A stretch of DNA of 64,000 nucleotides from a virus. Taxonomy: Duplodnaviria; Caudoviricetes. Under the pieces are notes generated by a model that did no database searches, was not told where the DNA came from, and was given only the letters and a program-made list of their open reading frames with translations. Both the position numbers and the translations under genes were made by a program. Where the stretch lies: the IMG/VR virus record IMGVR_UViG_3300047283_000054; one strand, given 5' to 3'. Shown here piece by piece: positions 46,076 through 56,710 of the stretch; position 1 is the first letter of the stretch, and the number at the start of each line of letters is the position of its first letter.

Positions 46076-47368
46076 TATTTTTTGGATTTGTTATAATCAA
46101 ATTCAATATTCAATTCATTGTGTGTCAAATAATTCTTTATGTTTATGTGTTCTGGGTACACCTTAAAGAAACTTTGGTCACGAATTTCATCCAGTTTAGT
46201 AGTAATTTTATTAAATTCTTTCAAACTCTCATTGATCCCATTGTAATATTGCCCATTTTTATCCCACATGAATTTAATTGCTGTCTCATACATACTTATG
46301 ATTCCGAAAGTCGGGTCTAAAGATTTTAACCAGTCAATATTCTTCTGCAATTCTTTTTCAATCTCTGTTTTTTTCCAATCTGGAATATTTTTCAGACAGT
46401 AATAGGGCGGAGTATCTAACGGATTAACCATCATGTGTTCAGGCTTGAGATATCCCAAATCTACCCATTCTCTATGAAACTCTGCTAAGTTAAACGCATT
46501 AGGCCAACTTAATGTGTATGAAATCATAAAATGTACGTGAGGACATTCTTTCATCATTTGTTTACGATTCTCTACAACTTGCTTCCAATCTATACCATTA
46601 CGCCAGTACTCACCCTTTTCATGGCTACCGTCTAAGCTTGCATATACGTGTACGTTGCTGAACTTCTTCCAATATTCGAGTACATTGTCGTATTTTTTTA
46701 GTTTAAAATTACTGAAGTTTGTGTTGTAACGAATCTCTAAGTCAGTATTACCAAATTCAATCAATTTGTTAAGAACTTCGTAGTGTTCTTTTTGCATCAA
46801 TGGTTCACCACCTGCAAAGTAAATCATCTTTGCTGTTGCTAGGTGAGGGATAATTTCTTCTAATGCTTGACCTTCAGTTTTACCCGGGAACTGATAACCA
46901 TCATCTTTATCTCGTCTTTCGGCCAAGTTATATAACTTACGATGATCCATTACCCAACTAGTGCTAAAGTGAGGGGCACAACTACGACAACTTAAGTTGC
47001 ATAGGTTATTATACCTAACATCAATATAATATAGCTTGTGTTCATCTAATGATCCGTCTGTATTGGTACTTTCTACAATTTTTTGAATTTCTTCATCTTC
47101 ATCAAAAAACATTCTATTGTATTCGTTCTTGTGTGCATGTCCCAATCCAGCACGACGGTTACATATACTGCAACTAGGTTCTTCTATTCCATTTAAGAAA
47201 TTTAGTCGCATTTGCTTTGTTTTATCGTTATTCCAAATTTCTGCCAATGTGTTTTCTTTAAGACTTCCAATCTCGTCTTTATTATCATAAACACAGCATG
47301 GTTTAACATCGCCGGCAAAATGTTTTGCTACTCTTTGCCATTTCAACTGGGTTAAAGTTATTACTCAT
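46075..47368 (-). pseudogene. Radical SAM gene (subfamily B) with a 5' frameshifting deletion
   Basis: The coupled start at 47368 reads MSNNFNPVEMAKSSKTFC-RRC-stop; the body GDVKPCC...CNLSCRSC continues in another frame; the paralog segment xxPWxHxxxxP is missing. Confidence 0.7.
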
Positions 47369-48677
47369 TTGTTAAATATTCTTTAAATTTTGAATCTAAG
47401 TAAGGAAATACCTCACTAAATTTTTCTTTTCTGATATTATCAAGTAAGTTTGTCTCTACATAAAATCTTGATAGCTGTTTACTCTCATCTTCGCTGTTCA
47501 TAAACAGCATTGCATCTTTCCAATGTGCAATAGTAACATCATAATTAAAATCATGTTCTTGTGTTTCTGATAACCATTCAATATGTTTATTAATCTTTTC
47601 GGTAACTTCTAATTTTACGTTTGGTGGTAAAATTTTAGTACGTAATTGAGGTGGGGAATGTAATGTGTTTAGATAAAATCCAAAAGTTCTACCATCCGGT
47701 CTTTTAAATACATCACTCTCACACATATATCTATGTAAATCAATTGATCCATAACAATTTAATAAGCTGAATACTGCGCTAACTCCATAGTCGGCTTTGG
47801 GCAAATATTGTTTAGCAGTTTCTATCCATTTTTTAGCAAGTTCCCAATCAAAACCTTTACGTATATATTCTCCTTCAGTACCCATGGCATCAATACTACC
47901 CACAATGAACACATTATCAAAATGCTGTAGCATTTCAAACGCATTATAGTCTTTTAAAGTATAAACTGTGAGGTTGGTATTATATCGTATTTTTGTCTGT
48001 GTTTTACCTCGTTCAACCAATAGTTTTAAAAACAAATAGTGTTCTTCTTGCATCATTGGTTCGCCACCACTAAAATGTATTTCTGTGTAGGGATCAATCA
48101 TATCAATAAGATAGTCTAAATCATCCTGCATATGTAATACACCATCATTGGTTATTAATGACGTTGGATTAATCTGATATCTACCTAACTTAATCTGATC
48201 CGGTATCCATCCGGTACTTAGTCCTGGGCCACATGACCTGCATTTTAAATTGCATAGATTATTGAAAATCAAGTCAATCGTACCTAGTTTAATATTTTCA
48301 ACTGACCCGTCGATATTGGTATATCTAATGATATCTTTTAACTTATTATATCCATTTTGATTTGTGTAGTCGGGGAAATCAGAATATCTCTCATTGAATC
48401 TTTGTCGCATACTTGTCGATCCTGAATCTTCTTCTTTCCAACAACGGGTACAAGTCTCTGGCTTTTTACCATCTAAAAAATCTTTTCTAAGTTGATTCCA
48501 TTTTTTGCTATTAAATATATCAACTAATTTTTCTTTATTCCAGTTACCTAAATCATGCTTTGCATCAAAGCTGTAATAACAACACGGGAACACTTTACCA
48601 TTTGGCTCAGTGTGAATTTGTAACCAGGGTACACTGCAAAAATGTTCTGGTAAATCTTCAATTTTTTTATCTAACAT
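47361..48677 (-). CDS. Radical SAM protein (subfamily B)
   Basis: FCSVPW...GKVFPCC...CTRC; CNLKCRSC; SGGEP. Confidence 0.9.
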   Translation of the reverse strand: MLDKKIEDLPEHFCSVPWLQIHTEPNGKVFPCCYYSFDAKHDLGNWNKEKLVDIFNSKKWNQLRKDFLDGKKPETCTRCWKEEDSGSTSMRQRFNERYSDFPDYTNQNGYNKLKDIIRYTNIDGSVENIKLGTIDLIFNNLCNLKCRSCGPGLSTGWIPDQIKLGRYQINPTSLITNDGVLHMQDDLDYLIDMIDPYTEIHFSGGEPMMQEEHYLFLKLLVERGKTQTKIRYNTNLTVYTLKDYNAFEMLQHFDNVFIVGSIDAMGTEGEYIRKGFDWELAKKWIETAKQYLPKADYGVSAVFSLLNCYGSIDLHRYMCESDVFKRPDGRTFGFYLNTLHSPPQLRTKILPPNVKLEVTEKINKHIEWLSETQEHDFNYDVTIAHWKDAMLFMNSEDESKQLSRFYVETNLLDNIRKEKFSEVFPYLDSKFKEYLTNE

Positions 48678-49869
48678 TATTATCCCATTTAATCGGTTTA
48701 GTATCCGTCACATAATTAAACCAAGCACTTTTTTTAGACAATGATAAAAAGTTTACAAAGTTTTTTATTATTTTTCTGTGGTCAGCATTACGTCTATAAT
48801 CAATTACGTTCAATGTAGACATTCCATGCTGTAATAATTTTTCATTATATTCATCGTATGTAGTGGATAACATATGTTCTTTGTATAAAAACAACGCCTT
48901 TTCATAATGCTTATTAACCGGCGTTTCTATCTTTTTCATTGTTTCATTAAATATTTTTGTTCTCATTTCCAATGACAATAGTTCAATAGAATAATGATCG
49001 GGGCTTTGCAATTTGCTAACATATATTTCTAACTCAGGGTATCTGGATTGTGACCAATTAAAATATTCGGCAAACGTCAAACAATTCATCCAAGAAAGCG
49101 TGTAATGTGCTCCTATTCCAAAATTAGAATATTTAGTTTTTAATGCATAAAAACTATTAGACACCTGTTCTAAATTTTCAAATGATGATCCATATCGTAG
49201 ATATTCAAACTCTTCACCAATACCATCTATACTAAGCTGGACGCCAACTCTAAGAAATTTGTCCAAATATTTTGTTAGTTTATCCGTATACGTTGTTCCG
49301 TTTGTAGTCAGAGCTACTGTGGTTTGTTTAGCATATGGTTGGTCAGATAACCAATCCATAAATTCAAAAATTGCCGGATTAATTAGTGGTTCTCCACCTA
49401 ATATATCAAACCGTAATCTATTAAATGTAGCGTTAGCTAAAGTAGTTTTTATAAAATCTATTTTTTTTGGAGCTTGTTTAGCTACTACTTCTGTAATATA
49501 TTTTCTTGTATATTCAGCATCAACCTTCTCGTCAAATTTAAATCTCTCTGCAAGAATTTGAGTGCTATTATTAGGCGTGCAGGTAACACATTTTAAATTA
49601 CAAATATTGTCAAATGATGCAGTTATAACCATTTCATTTGGATCTTTAAACATTTGTCTATAGCTATAACTTCCTCCCTGATCTTGTTTAATACAATAAT
49701 CGCAATTGTATTCTAAATCCATTTCAGAAAGTTGGTGTTTATAATCATTAATATCTGTAGCATCTATATATGTTTTGAACCAGCAACAGGGTCTATATGG
49801 TTTTTCTTCGTTAGCAATAAAAATACTATTTTTTAATGCTAAACAATTTTTATAAGGTGTTAAATCCAT
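48667..49869 (-). CDS. Radical SAM protein (subfamily C)
   Basis: MDLTPYKNC...RPCCWF...CDYC; CNLKCVTC; GGEP. Confidence 0.9.
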   Translation of the reverse strand: MDLTPYKNCLALKNSIFIANEEKPYRPCCWFKTYIDATDINDYKHQLSEMDLEYNCDYCIKQDQGGSYSYRQMFKDPNEMVITASFDNICNLKCVTCTPNNSTQILAERFKFDEKVDAEYTRKYITEVVAKQAPKKIDFIKTTLANATFNRLRFDILGGEPLINPAIFEFMDWLSDQPYAKQTTVALTTNGTTYTDKLTKYLDKFLRVGVQLSIDGIGEEFEYLRYGSSFENLEQVSNSFYALKTKYSNFGIGAHYTLSWMNCLTFAEYFNWSQSRYPELEIYVSKLQSPDHYSIELLSLEMRTKIFNETMKKIETPVNKHYEKALFLYKEHMLSTTYDEYNEKLLQHGMSTLNVIDYRRNADHRKIIKNFVNFLSLSKKSAWFNYVTDTKPIKWDNNVR

Positions 49870-49871
49870 TA

Positions 49872-51173
49872 TTATTTCTCTTGTATAAATTCTATCATAT
49901 CTGTATGCTCAGTAAACACTTTTAAAAAATCTTCATTACGAATTCGATCATATTTATTGTTTACTTCTTTAAAAGTGTCTTTGTATATAAAATCATTGCC
50001 GGAATCAAAACTATTCATAAAACTAATAGCATCAGTAAATTGTTTTATGGTACTATCATATACTTTAAAAAATTTAATAGTATCACTTGATTTTATACTA
50101 CGTAACCAGTCAATATGTTCTAAAAACTTTTGTTCAATTTGTTTCTTTTTCCATGTAGGTATGCCTTTTAATGAGTACATATCAGGATCATCTAAACAAT
50201 TGACATTAATTTTATTTGGATTTATATAACCCAACGTTACCCATTCTCTATGCAGATCAGGTAAATTAAATGCATTAACCCAAGACAATGTGTAATTGAT
50301 AGACAACCGAGCATAAGGGTTGTCTTTTATTACTGTTTTTAAATTATCAACGATATCATTCCACTTTGTTCCCTTGCGCCAATATTCGGCTCGTTCATAA
50401 CTACCGTCAAGGCTTAAATTTAAAACAACATTTGAAAATTGTCTCCATAAATCAATAGCAAAACGATTACCTAACTTCAATGAACTAAAATTAGTACTAT
50501 AGACAATCATGGGAAGTTTATTAATTACACCTGTATTTTTTAAATTAATTAAATTTTCTAATATCAAATAATGTTCTACTTGCATCATAGGCTCGCCTCC
50601 AGCAAAATAAATACGTTCTACGTGTGGCAATTGTTCTATAATTTCTTCTAAAAGATGTTCTTTTGTATTACCGGGATACAACAGTGTTTTTGGGAATTCA
50701 TTAAATGCTTTCTCATGCCTTGTATTTTGATAATCATCATACCAACTTGTGCTAAATCTAGGACCACATGTTCTACATTTAAAATTGCACAAATTGTTAA
50801 ATCTTGCGTCTATGTATTTTAATTCATGTGTTGGTAACGACCCATCAACATTTGTTTGTTCAACTACATTTTGTATTTGGTGATTCCAAAGTTCATTCGC
50901 CTCATCTCGGTGAGCAGTGCTTATACCCTCTCTACTATTGCATTTTGAACAACCTTTTATGATTACCCCATTAAGCATATCTAAACGCATTTGTTTGGTA
51001 AGATCATTGTTCCAAAGTTCTTTAAGGCTATTATCTTTAAGATTTCCTATACCTTCTTTGTTGGGATTATACAAACAACAGGGTTTTACGTCTCCGGTTG
51101 GATCTACATATTGATGTAACCATGGATATATACAAAATGTTTTACTTGTTGCCGCTTTTTCTGTAAGGTTCAT
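49872..51173 (-). CDS. Radical SAM protein (subfamily B)
   Basis: FCIYPW...GDVKPCC...CSKC; CNFKCRTC; AGGEP. Confidence 0.9.
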   Translation of the reverse strand: MNLTEKAATSKTFCIYPWLHQYVDPTGDVKPCCLYNPNKEGIGNLKDNSLKELWNNDLTKQMRLDMLNGVIIKGCSKCNSREGISTAHRDEANELWNHQIQNVVEQTNVDGSLPTHELKYIDARFNNLCNFKCRTCGPRFSTSWYDDYQNTRHEKAFNEFPKTLLYPGNTKEHLLEEIIEQLPHVERIYFAGGEPMMQVEHYLILENLINLKNTGVINKLPMIVYSTNFSSLKLGNRFAIDLWRQFSNVVLNLSLDGSYERAEYWRKGTKWNDIVDNLKTVIKDNPYARLSINYTLSWVNAFNLPDLHREWVTLGYINPNKINVNCLDDPDMYSLKGIPTWKKKQIEQKFLEHIDWLRSIKSSDTIKFFKVYDSTIKQFTDAISFMNSFDSGNDFIYKDTFKEVNNKYDRIRNEDFLKVFTEHTDMIEFIQEK

Positions 51174-52324
51174 ATAACGTTGTTTGTTTTTAGTAAATCT
51201 ATCATTGGTTTAAAAGTTTTATTGAAATCTGAATTTCTATTTATAAGTTTATCATTTCTATTTAAAGTATTAATACCGGTATTTATAGTATATCTTAATC
51301 TTGTATTATCAGGGGTATTAAGCATATGTTGTTTGTAATATTTAAGTCCAGATTGCACACCTCTACTGTTAGAATCAGTGGTAAGTTTTGATACTTCTTC
51401 AGCTATTTGTTTACGTAATTCTATTGGTAAAATGTTAATAGCGTATTCAGGTGGCCACTCAAGTTTTGTAACCAATATATGATTTATTTTAGGATAATTA
51501 ATATTGACCCAATTAAAAAATTCTTTAATGTGTAATGAGTTCATCCAAGTCAACGTGTAGTTCATTGATATTGCAAATTTTGCAGGATATAAGGTGAGTA
51601 ACTCATAAAATTTACTGGTTACCTGTTCAAGGGTAGAAAACTTTGCGCCAAAACGTACATATTCAAATGTATTTTCTATACCATCAATGCTAAGTTGCAA
51701 TAAAAATTTTCGGAAATATTTTATGTATTTTAAAATTCTATCATCAAACGTAGTACCATTAGTAGTAAGATTTACCTGTGCCATTGGGGCATACGGTTGT
51801 TCTATTAACCAATCTAAAAAATCATACACTACGGGATTTATTAACGGTTCACCACCTAATATTTCTAGGTTTATTGTTCGATGAGTAACACTATTAGCGT
51901 CGGATAGCATTTTTTTTAAAAATTCAGCTTTTATCGGTCGCTTTTTGTGAATTGAAGTATATATTTTTTTCTGTGTAGAATTTTTAATTTCAGTAGCCAA
52001 TTGAGAACTATTTGTAGGTGAGCAAGTAATGCATTTTAAATTACATAAATTGTCAAAAGAAATAGATACTGTAATAAAGTTTTCATTTTCGAGATCCATG
52101 TAATTCATTCGGTGACTCCATGTGCCACCGTTAGACTCTGTTTCAATACAATATCTACAATTTTCTTCAACGTCTAATTTTGATAATTTCTCTTGATATT
52201 CTTCATATGAATTAGCATCAATGGGATTTTTAAACCAACAACAAGGTCTAAACGGTGGATCCTCATTACCTATGAAGATTGCATTTTTATGTGCCCTACA
52301 TTCTTTAAATGGAGTTAGATCCAT
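51170..52324 (-). CDS. Radical SAM protein (subfamily C)
   Basis: MDLTPFKEC...RPCCWF...CRYC; CNLKCITC; GGEP. Confidence 0.9.
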   Translation of the reverse strand: MDLTPFKECRAHKNAIFIGNEDPPFRPCCWFKNPIDANSYEEYQEKLSKLDVEENCRYCIETESNGGTWSHRMNYMDLENENFITVSISFDNLCNLKCITCSPTNSSQLATEIKNSTQKKIYTSIHKKRPIKAEFLKKMLSDANSVTHRTINLEILGGEPLINPVVYDFLDWLIEQPYAPMAQVNLTTNGTTFDDRILKYIKYFRKFLLQLSIDGIENTFEYVRFGAKFSTLEQVTSKFYELLTLYPAKFAISMNYTLTWMNSLHIKEFFNWVNINYPKINHILVTKLEWPPEYAINILPIELRKQIAEEVSKLTTDSNSRGVQSGLKYYKQHMLNTPDNTRLRYTINTGINTLNRNDKLINRNSDFNKTFKPMIDLLKTNNVI

Positions 52325-53601
52325 GCAGATAACTCCGGAAAGTTTTCTTCAAAGTTCTTATCACGGCGTTTGTCATATTCACCAATGAATTTTGCAAACT
52401 GTTGCCTGCGCCATTCACGGTCATCAGTTGTCATTGTGTCATGTCTTGCTTTCCAAAAATCATAGACCATCTGCCATGTTTCTCTCTCAACATTTGAAAT
52501 TTGTCCATTATCTGTAATAAATGAATTCATTCTGGTAAAATACTTGTCACAATAATCTGGAAGTATTCTTAAATCAAACTGTTTAGGGTCAACTAATCTT
52601 GCACAGTTAAACATAATATCAACACCTTCACTACGCATTTGAATGATTTTTTCAGCAAACGTTTGGAAATTAAAAATACTCATCAATCCAAATGTAACCA
52701 TCACACGAATAGGTACATGGAATGTTGTACTGACTTTACGCACTGTGGCTTCCCATCGTGTTATATCCAAACCATCACGTATGTATTCTGCCTGAGGTCC
52801 CCATGTATCCATACTGGTGTACACTTCAAGACCCTTGATAGTTTTAGCGTTTAATAATGTAGTTGCCTTTTCAAAGAACATATTCAAGTTCTTGTCAGGT
52901 ACACATAGATTGGTGTTGACAACTAATGTTAAGTTTGGATTATGATTTTGTGATACAAAGTCTAATAACTTCATAAAGTTACGTGTTGCCAATGGCTCAC
53001 CACCTGTGATACGTAAATACTTTAAGTCTTTATATGCATCAGGTAACCACTTCCAAAATGCTTCAATATATGGATTATCATCTTCTGGAATCATATCGTG
53101 CATTTTGTCTTTATGCACAGTAGGATCTTCTACTGGGTAACTACCATACTTGCGTACTTCATTCTCCCACTTACTTGATTGACCAGGACTGCAATAACTG
53201 CAACCAAAGTTACACACGTTACTAAAGCTTAACTCTAAGTAGCTTGGATTTACATGTCTATCAAATGGTGCATCAATCAACTCTTGTCTACGTTCAATAG
53301 CGTATTCTTCATTAGTGAAACGTTTGCGGTCACTGATAACATCAGGATTGATTTTTTCCATGTCAAAGCAATAGTAGCATTCTTTTGGCTTCTCGCCATT
53401 CATCATCTGTCTACGCTGTTCAATCTTGTGTTGAGTATTGTGAAGCATACTAGGATCACGTTGAACATCTTCTAAGTTCCAACGATGAATTGGCGGATGA
53501 TAGCAACTGTGATTCTCGCCCATACCAAAATGCATGGTAGCCATTAGCCATTTTGCTGAACAGAATGAATCTTTAATCTTATCGGGTATTATTGGTATCA
53601 T
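52315..53601 (-). CDS. Radical SAM protein (subfamily A)
   Basis: FCSAKW...SCYHP...LHNT...CYYC; CNFGCSYC; TGGEP. Confidence 0.9.
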   Translation of the reverse strand: MIPIIPDKIKDSFCSAKWLMATMHFGMGENHSCYHPPIHRWNLEDVQRDPSMLHNTQHKIEQRRQMMNGEKPKECYYCFDMEKINPDVISDRKRFTNEEYAIERRQELIDAPFDRHVNPSYLELSFSNVCNFGCSYCSPGQSSKWENEVRKYGSYPVEDPTVHKDKMHDMIPEDDNPYIEAFWKWLPDAYKDLKYLRITGGEPLATRNFMKLLDFVSQNHNPNLTLVVNTNLCVPDKNLNMFFEKATTLLNAKTIKGLEVYTSMDTWGPQAEYIRDGLDITRWEATVRKVSTTFHVPIRVMVTFGLMSIFNFQTFAEKIIQMRSEGVDIMFNCARLVDPKQFDLRILPDYCDKYFTRMNSFITDNGQISNVERETWQMVYDFWKARHDTMTTDDREWRRQQFAKFIGEYDKRRDKNFEENFPELSAWI

Positions 53602-54785
53602 AGTATTTCTTTTAATTCTGGTATATAATCTTTATAGTCTAACCCACGTGCGTTGTCAACTGCTATTATAAACTCTTTTGCTTTCTTTAGCAAGTCGGGT
53701 TGGTACGGTTCATGTAGTTTATTTAATAAATCTTTGCGTTGCCATTCATGTAATCTATTTGCATAATGACTACGTAGTTCTTCTTTATAGAAATCGGGTA
53801 ATGTTGCAAGACTTAAATAGTCCGGGTACAATACATAGTTATGATGTGGGGTCTTGTTATAGTTTGTTTCTAACCAATTACCAAACTCTGCAAGATGGTA
53901 TATATTTAAAATGCTAACAGTCTGTGTTACATGCCAATTTAAGTTTGGCAACTTGGTCAGTTTCTCAATGCTTGCAACTGTCTCTTCCCATTGTGTAGGA
54001 TAACGAATATAATAATTGCGATGACCCAAATCATCAATACTTGCGTTAACAGTAACCTGTTTGAATTCTTTCCATAACTCAACCAATCTGTCAGGTATAT
54101 CCATCATGTTTAAACTATAAACAAGATGTACGTTCTGTGATGTACCTAATGTAATTAAGTGCTTTAAGTATTCAAAGTGAGCCTTAATCAATGTGGGTTC
54201 GCCACCGTTGATATAGATTTCTTCTACATTTTGACTCTTGTTTGCTAAATCCCAGTAGAAATCTTCATTCTCAAACCACTTGAAGTTTTCCATTGCTCGT
54301 AACTTAAACCAAGGCAAATCATTAGCAATCTTCTTCTCATCAGGATACCACTTAGTACTGCTATAACTATTACATGTTAGGCAGGCATTGTTGCACACAT
54401 TACCCAAACGTAGCTCTACATATATTAAATTAATGTCTTTTAGTTTTGCTGATTTTTCAAGTTTAGGGATAATGTGTGCCCAACGCTCATTCTCATATTG
54501 ACGCTTGCTTTTGATACCAGCATCTTCGTCACGCCAGCAACCTTCACACTCAACAGGACGTTTGCCATCAATCATTGCTTGTCTAACTTCAACAAACTTT
54601 TCACTGTTCATTATATCTTCTACACTATCGTCATCTAACATGACAAGATTTTGTGTATTAGATTTCTTTGCCCAACTAATCGCATCTGTATGATTGCTAC
54701 GGCAACAGAGGCTTGCGCCTCCATTTGGATGTGTTGCTAAGTGCATCCAGGGTAATACACATAATGTATCACTGGTGTTTTGCAT
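53598..54785 (-). CDS. Radical SAM protein (subfamily B)
   Basis: LCVLPWMH...LCC...CEGC; CNNACLTC; NGGEP; the likely start is ATG 54785. Confidence 0.9.
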   Translation of the reverse strand: MQNTSDTLCVLPWMHLATHPNGGASLCCRSNHTDAISWAKKSNTQNLVMLDDDSVEDIMNSEKFVEVRQAMIDGKRPVECEGCWRDEDAGIKSKRQYENERWAHIIPKLEKSAKLKDINLIYVELRLGNVCNNACLTCNSYSSTKWYPDEKKIANDLPWFKLRAMENFKWFENEDFYWDLANKSQNVEEIYINGGEPTLIKAHFEYLKHLITLGTSQNVHLVYSLNMMDIPDRLVELWKEFKQVTVNASIDDLGHRNYYIRYPTQWEETVASIEKLTKLPNLNWHVTQTVSILNIYHLAEFGNWLETNYNKTPHHNYVLYPDYLSLATLPDFYKEELRSHYANRLHEWQRKDLLNKLHEPYQPDLLKKAKEFIIAVDNARGLDYKDYIPELKEIL

Positions 54786-55467
54786 ATTGAACTTTACCCG
54801 GTACGTATGGATTTTCAACTCCATTAAATTGATGCATTAGTTTTCCATTAACACTGTCATCGTGCGTTAGAATGTAATTATATGTTTGGTCAAACGTTTG
54901 CTTATATAAATCTGGTTTATCGTATAAGAAATAAGGGCACATACAACTAAAAGTAATTTCTTTTGTTCTACATCTTGCCATAGTTGATATTAAATGCATG
55001 GCATATGATTTAGCACCGGGGTAGCCTACTCCCTCTGGGTAAAATTCACGTTCATATTGCAATGCCATAGCAGTACCCATATATAATACTTTACTACCAT
55101 TAATTAAATTGTTGTACAACGATGCAATAATTAGATGAGGAATAGTTACTGCTCTATCTATTGAATGGTGGTATTCAACAGGATTTGGTTCGTTGAATAA
55201 CTGGTTTGTTGAACTTGGATATCCTGATCCATTCTGATTAAACAATATAATATCAATTACTGGTAATTCATTAGCTAATTCCACGCACTTACTTTTTACT
55301 TGTTTAGTATCATCATATTTGATATATCTATCATCTATGTGATTAGTTTTATGATCCTTATGCGAAAAAACTATTACACGATTACCGTCATCTCTTGCTT
55401 TAGTTACAAACTGATTTCCAAATTTACCGGGTATTCCGGCTCCTACTACTAAAATATTTTTACTCAT
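54769..55467 (-). CDS. Short-chain dehydrogenase/reductase-like protein
   Basis: N-terminal Rossmann ILVVGAG...FG, IDIILFN, YPGAK (YxxxK). Confidence 0.65.
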   Translation of the reverse strand: MSKNILVVGAGIPGKFGNQFVTKARDDGNRVIVFSHKDHKTNHIDDRYIKYDDTKQVKSKCVELANELPVIDIILFNQNGSGYPSSTNQLFNEPNPVEYHHSIDRAVTIPHLIIASLYNNLINGSKVLYMGTAMALQYEREFYPEGVGYPGAKSYAMHLISTMARCRTKEITFSCMCPYFLYDKPDLYKQTFDQTYNYILTHDDSVNGKLMHQFNGVENPYVPGKVQYAKHQ

Positions 55468-56710
55468 TTATGTACCCTTTCATGTTGTTGTGTTCTGGAA
55501 AATAATCTAAAAAATCTTTTCCTCTAATTTTATCAAGTATCCTATTTTTTTTGAATGAGTCTGGATTAATAATATTACTGGATGCTGTCATCATAAAAGA
55601 TTTTATATTTTTCATATTGTTTATTACGTCAGTTGCTCCGGGCATACTATTAGTATCATATTGTTTCATATATGTAATAAACTCATCAATTACCATTGAT
55701 ATTTCTTCTTTTTTAAAGTCTGGCAATGATTGCAAAGAGAATTCTCCTGAATCTTCTAAACACCAAATAGTCGTATTGCCACCAAAAGAAAGGCGTTCGT
55801 TTAAAAGAATTTTAACTAACTCTATATAACTGTAAATATTTACCCAAGATATTACGCTATGGATAGAATATTGTACTTTACTTCCGGGTAGGGCAAAACT
55901 ACTATTTTCTTTAATTTTTTTTATGTTGTTAAATAATTCTTCCCAATTAGTTCCGTCTCTCCAATACTCTGCTCGACGACCTTCAGCATCAATACTCATC
56001 TGAACATGAACCCCTTTAAAATGTTTCCAATAATCAAATACTGAATTATTTTTATATGATAGTTTACTTGTGTTGGTAGAATATATAAGACTAACATTCT
56101 TTGCAGTGTTAGAATCAACAAAATATTTCAAAATATCCCAATGTTCTTCTTGCATCATAGGCTCACCACCGGCAAAATAAATATGCTTTACGTGTTCATA
56201 ATGTTTTTCTACTTCGGAGATAATGTTTTTATTATGATAAAGACTCTTATTAGATATTTGGTAATAGGATTGCAACTCAGGATTTTTAATATTTTCAACT
56301 GCAACACTACTACTAAACATGGGGTTGCAGGATCTACATTTAAAATTGCATAGATTATTAAATCTTATATCTAAATATGTTAATTTAAAATTATTAAGAG
56401 AGCCATCGTCATTGGTTATAGATTTCATTTCTTCAACGGGTGCAGTCATTCTAAGAGTAGAAGTTTGTCGCATTGATTTAAAACCCATATCTTCTTTTTT
56501 ATAACAATTAGAACACAATTCATTCTTTACGTCTGATAGCATATCTAAACGTAGTTGTTTCATTTTATCTGAGTTCCATGCTTTTTCTAAAGTTATTTCT
56601 CCATAATTACCTATGGGTTTACCTATACAGCATGGAGCTATTTTACCATTTGGTCCTACATAAATATGTGACCAAGGTAGTGGGCAGTAGGCAGAATTGA
56701 TATCACTCAT
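55460..56710 (-). CDS. Radical SAM protein (subfamily B)
   Basis: YCPLPW...GKIAPCC...CSNC; CNFKCRSC; AGGEP. Confidence 0.9.
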   Translation of the reverse strand: MSDINSAYCPLPWSHIYVGPNGKIAPCCIGKPIGNYGEITLEKAWNSDKMKQLRLDMLSDVKNELCSNCYKKEDMGFKSMRQTSTLRMTAPVEEMKSITNDDGSLNNFKLTYLDIRFNNLCNFKCRSCNPMFSSSVAVENIKNPELQSYYQISNKSLYHNKNIISEVEKHYEHVKHIYFAGGEPMMQEEHWDILKYFVDSNTAKNVSLIYSTNTSKLSYKNNSVFDYWKHFKGVHVQMSIDAEGRRAEYWRDGTNWEELFNNIKKIKENSSFALPGSKVQYSIHSVISWVNIYSYIELVKILLNERLSFGGNTTIWCLEDSGEFSLQSLPDFKKEEISMVIDEFITYMKQYDTNSMPGATDVINNMKNIKSFMMTASSNIINPDSFKKNRILDKIRGKDFLDYFPEHNNMKGYINE

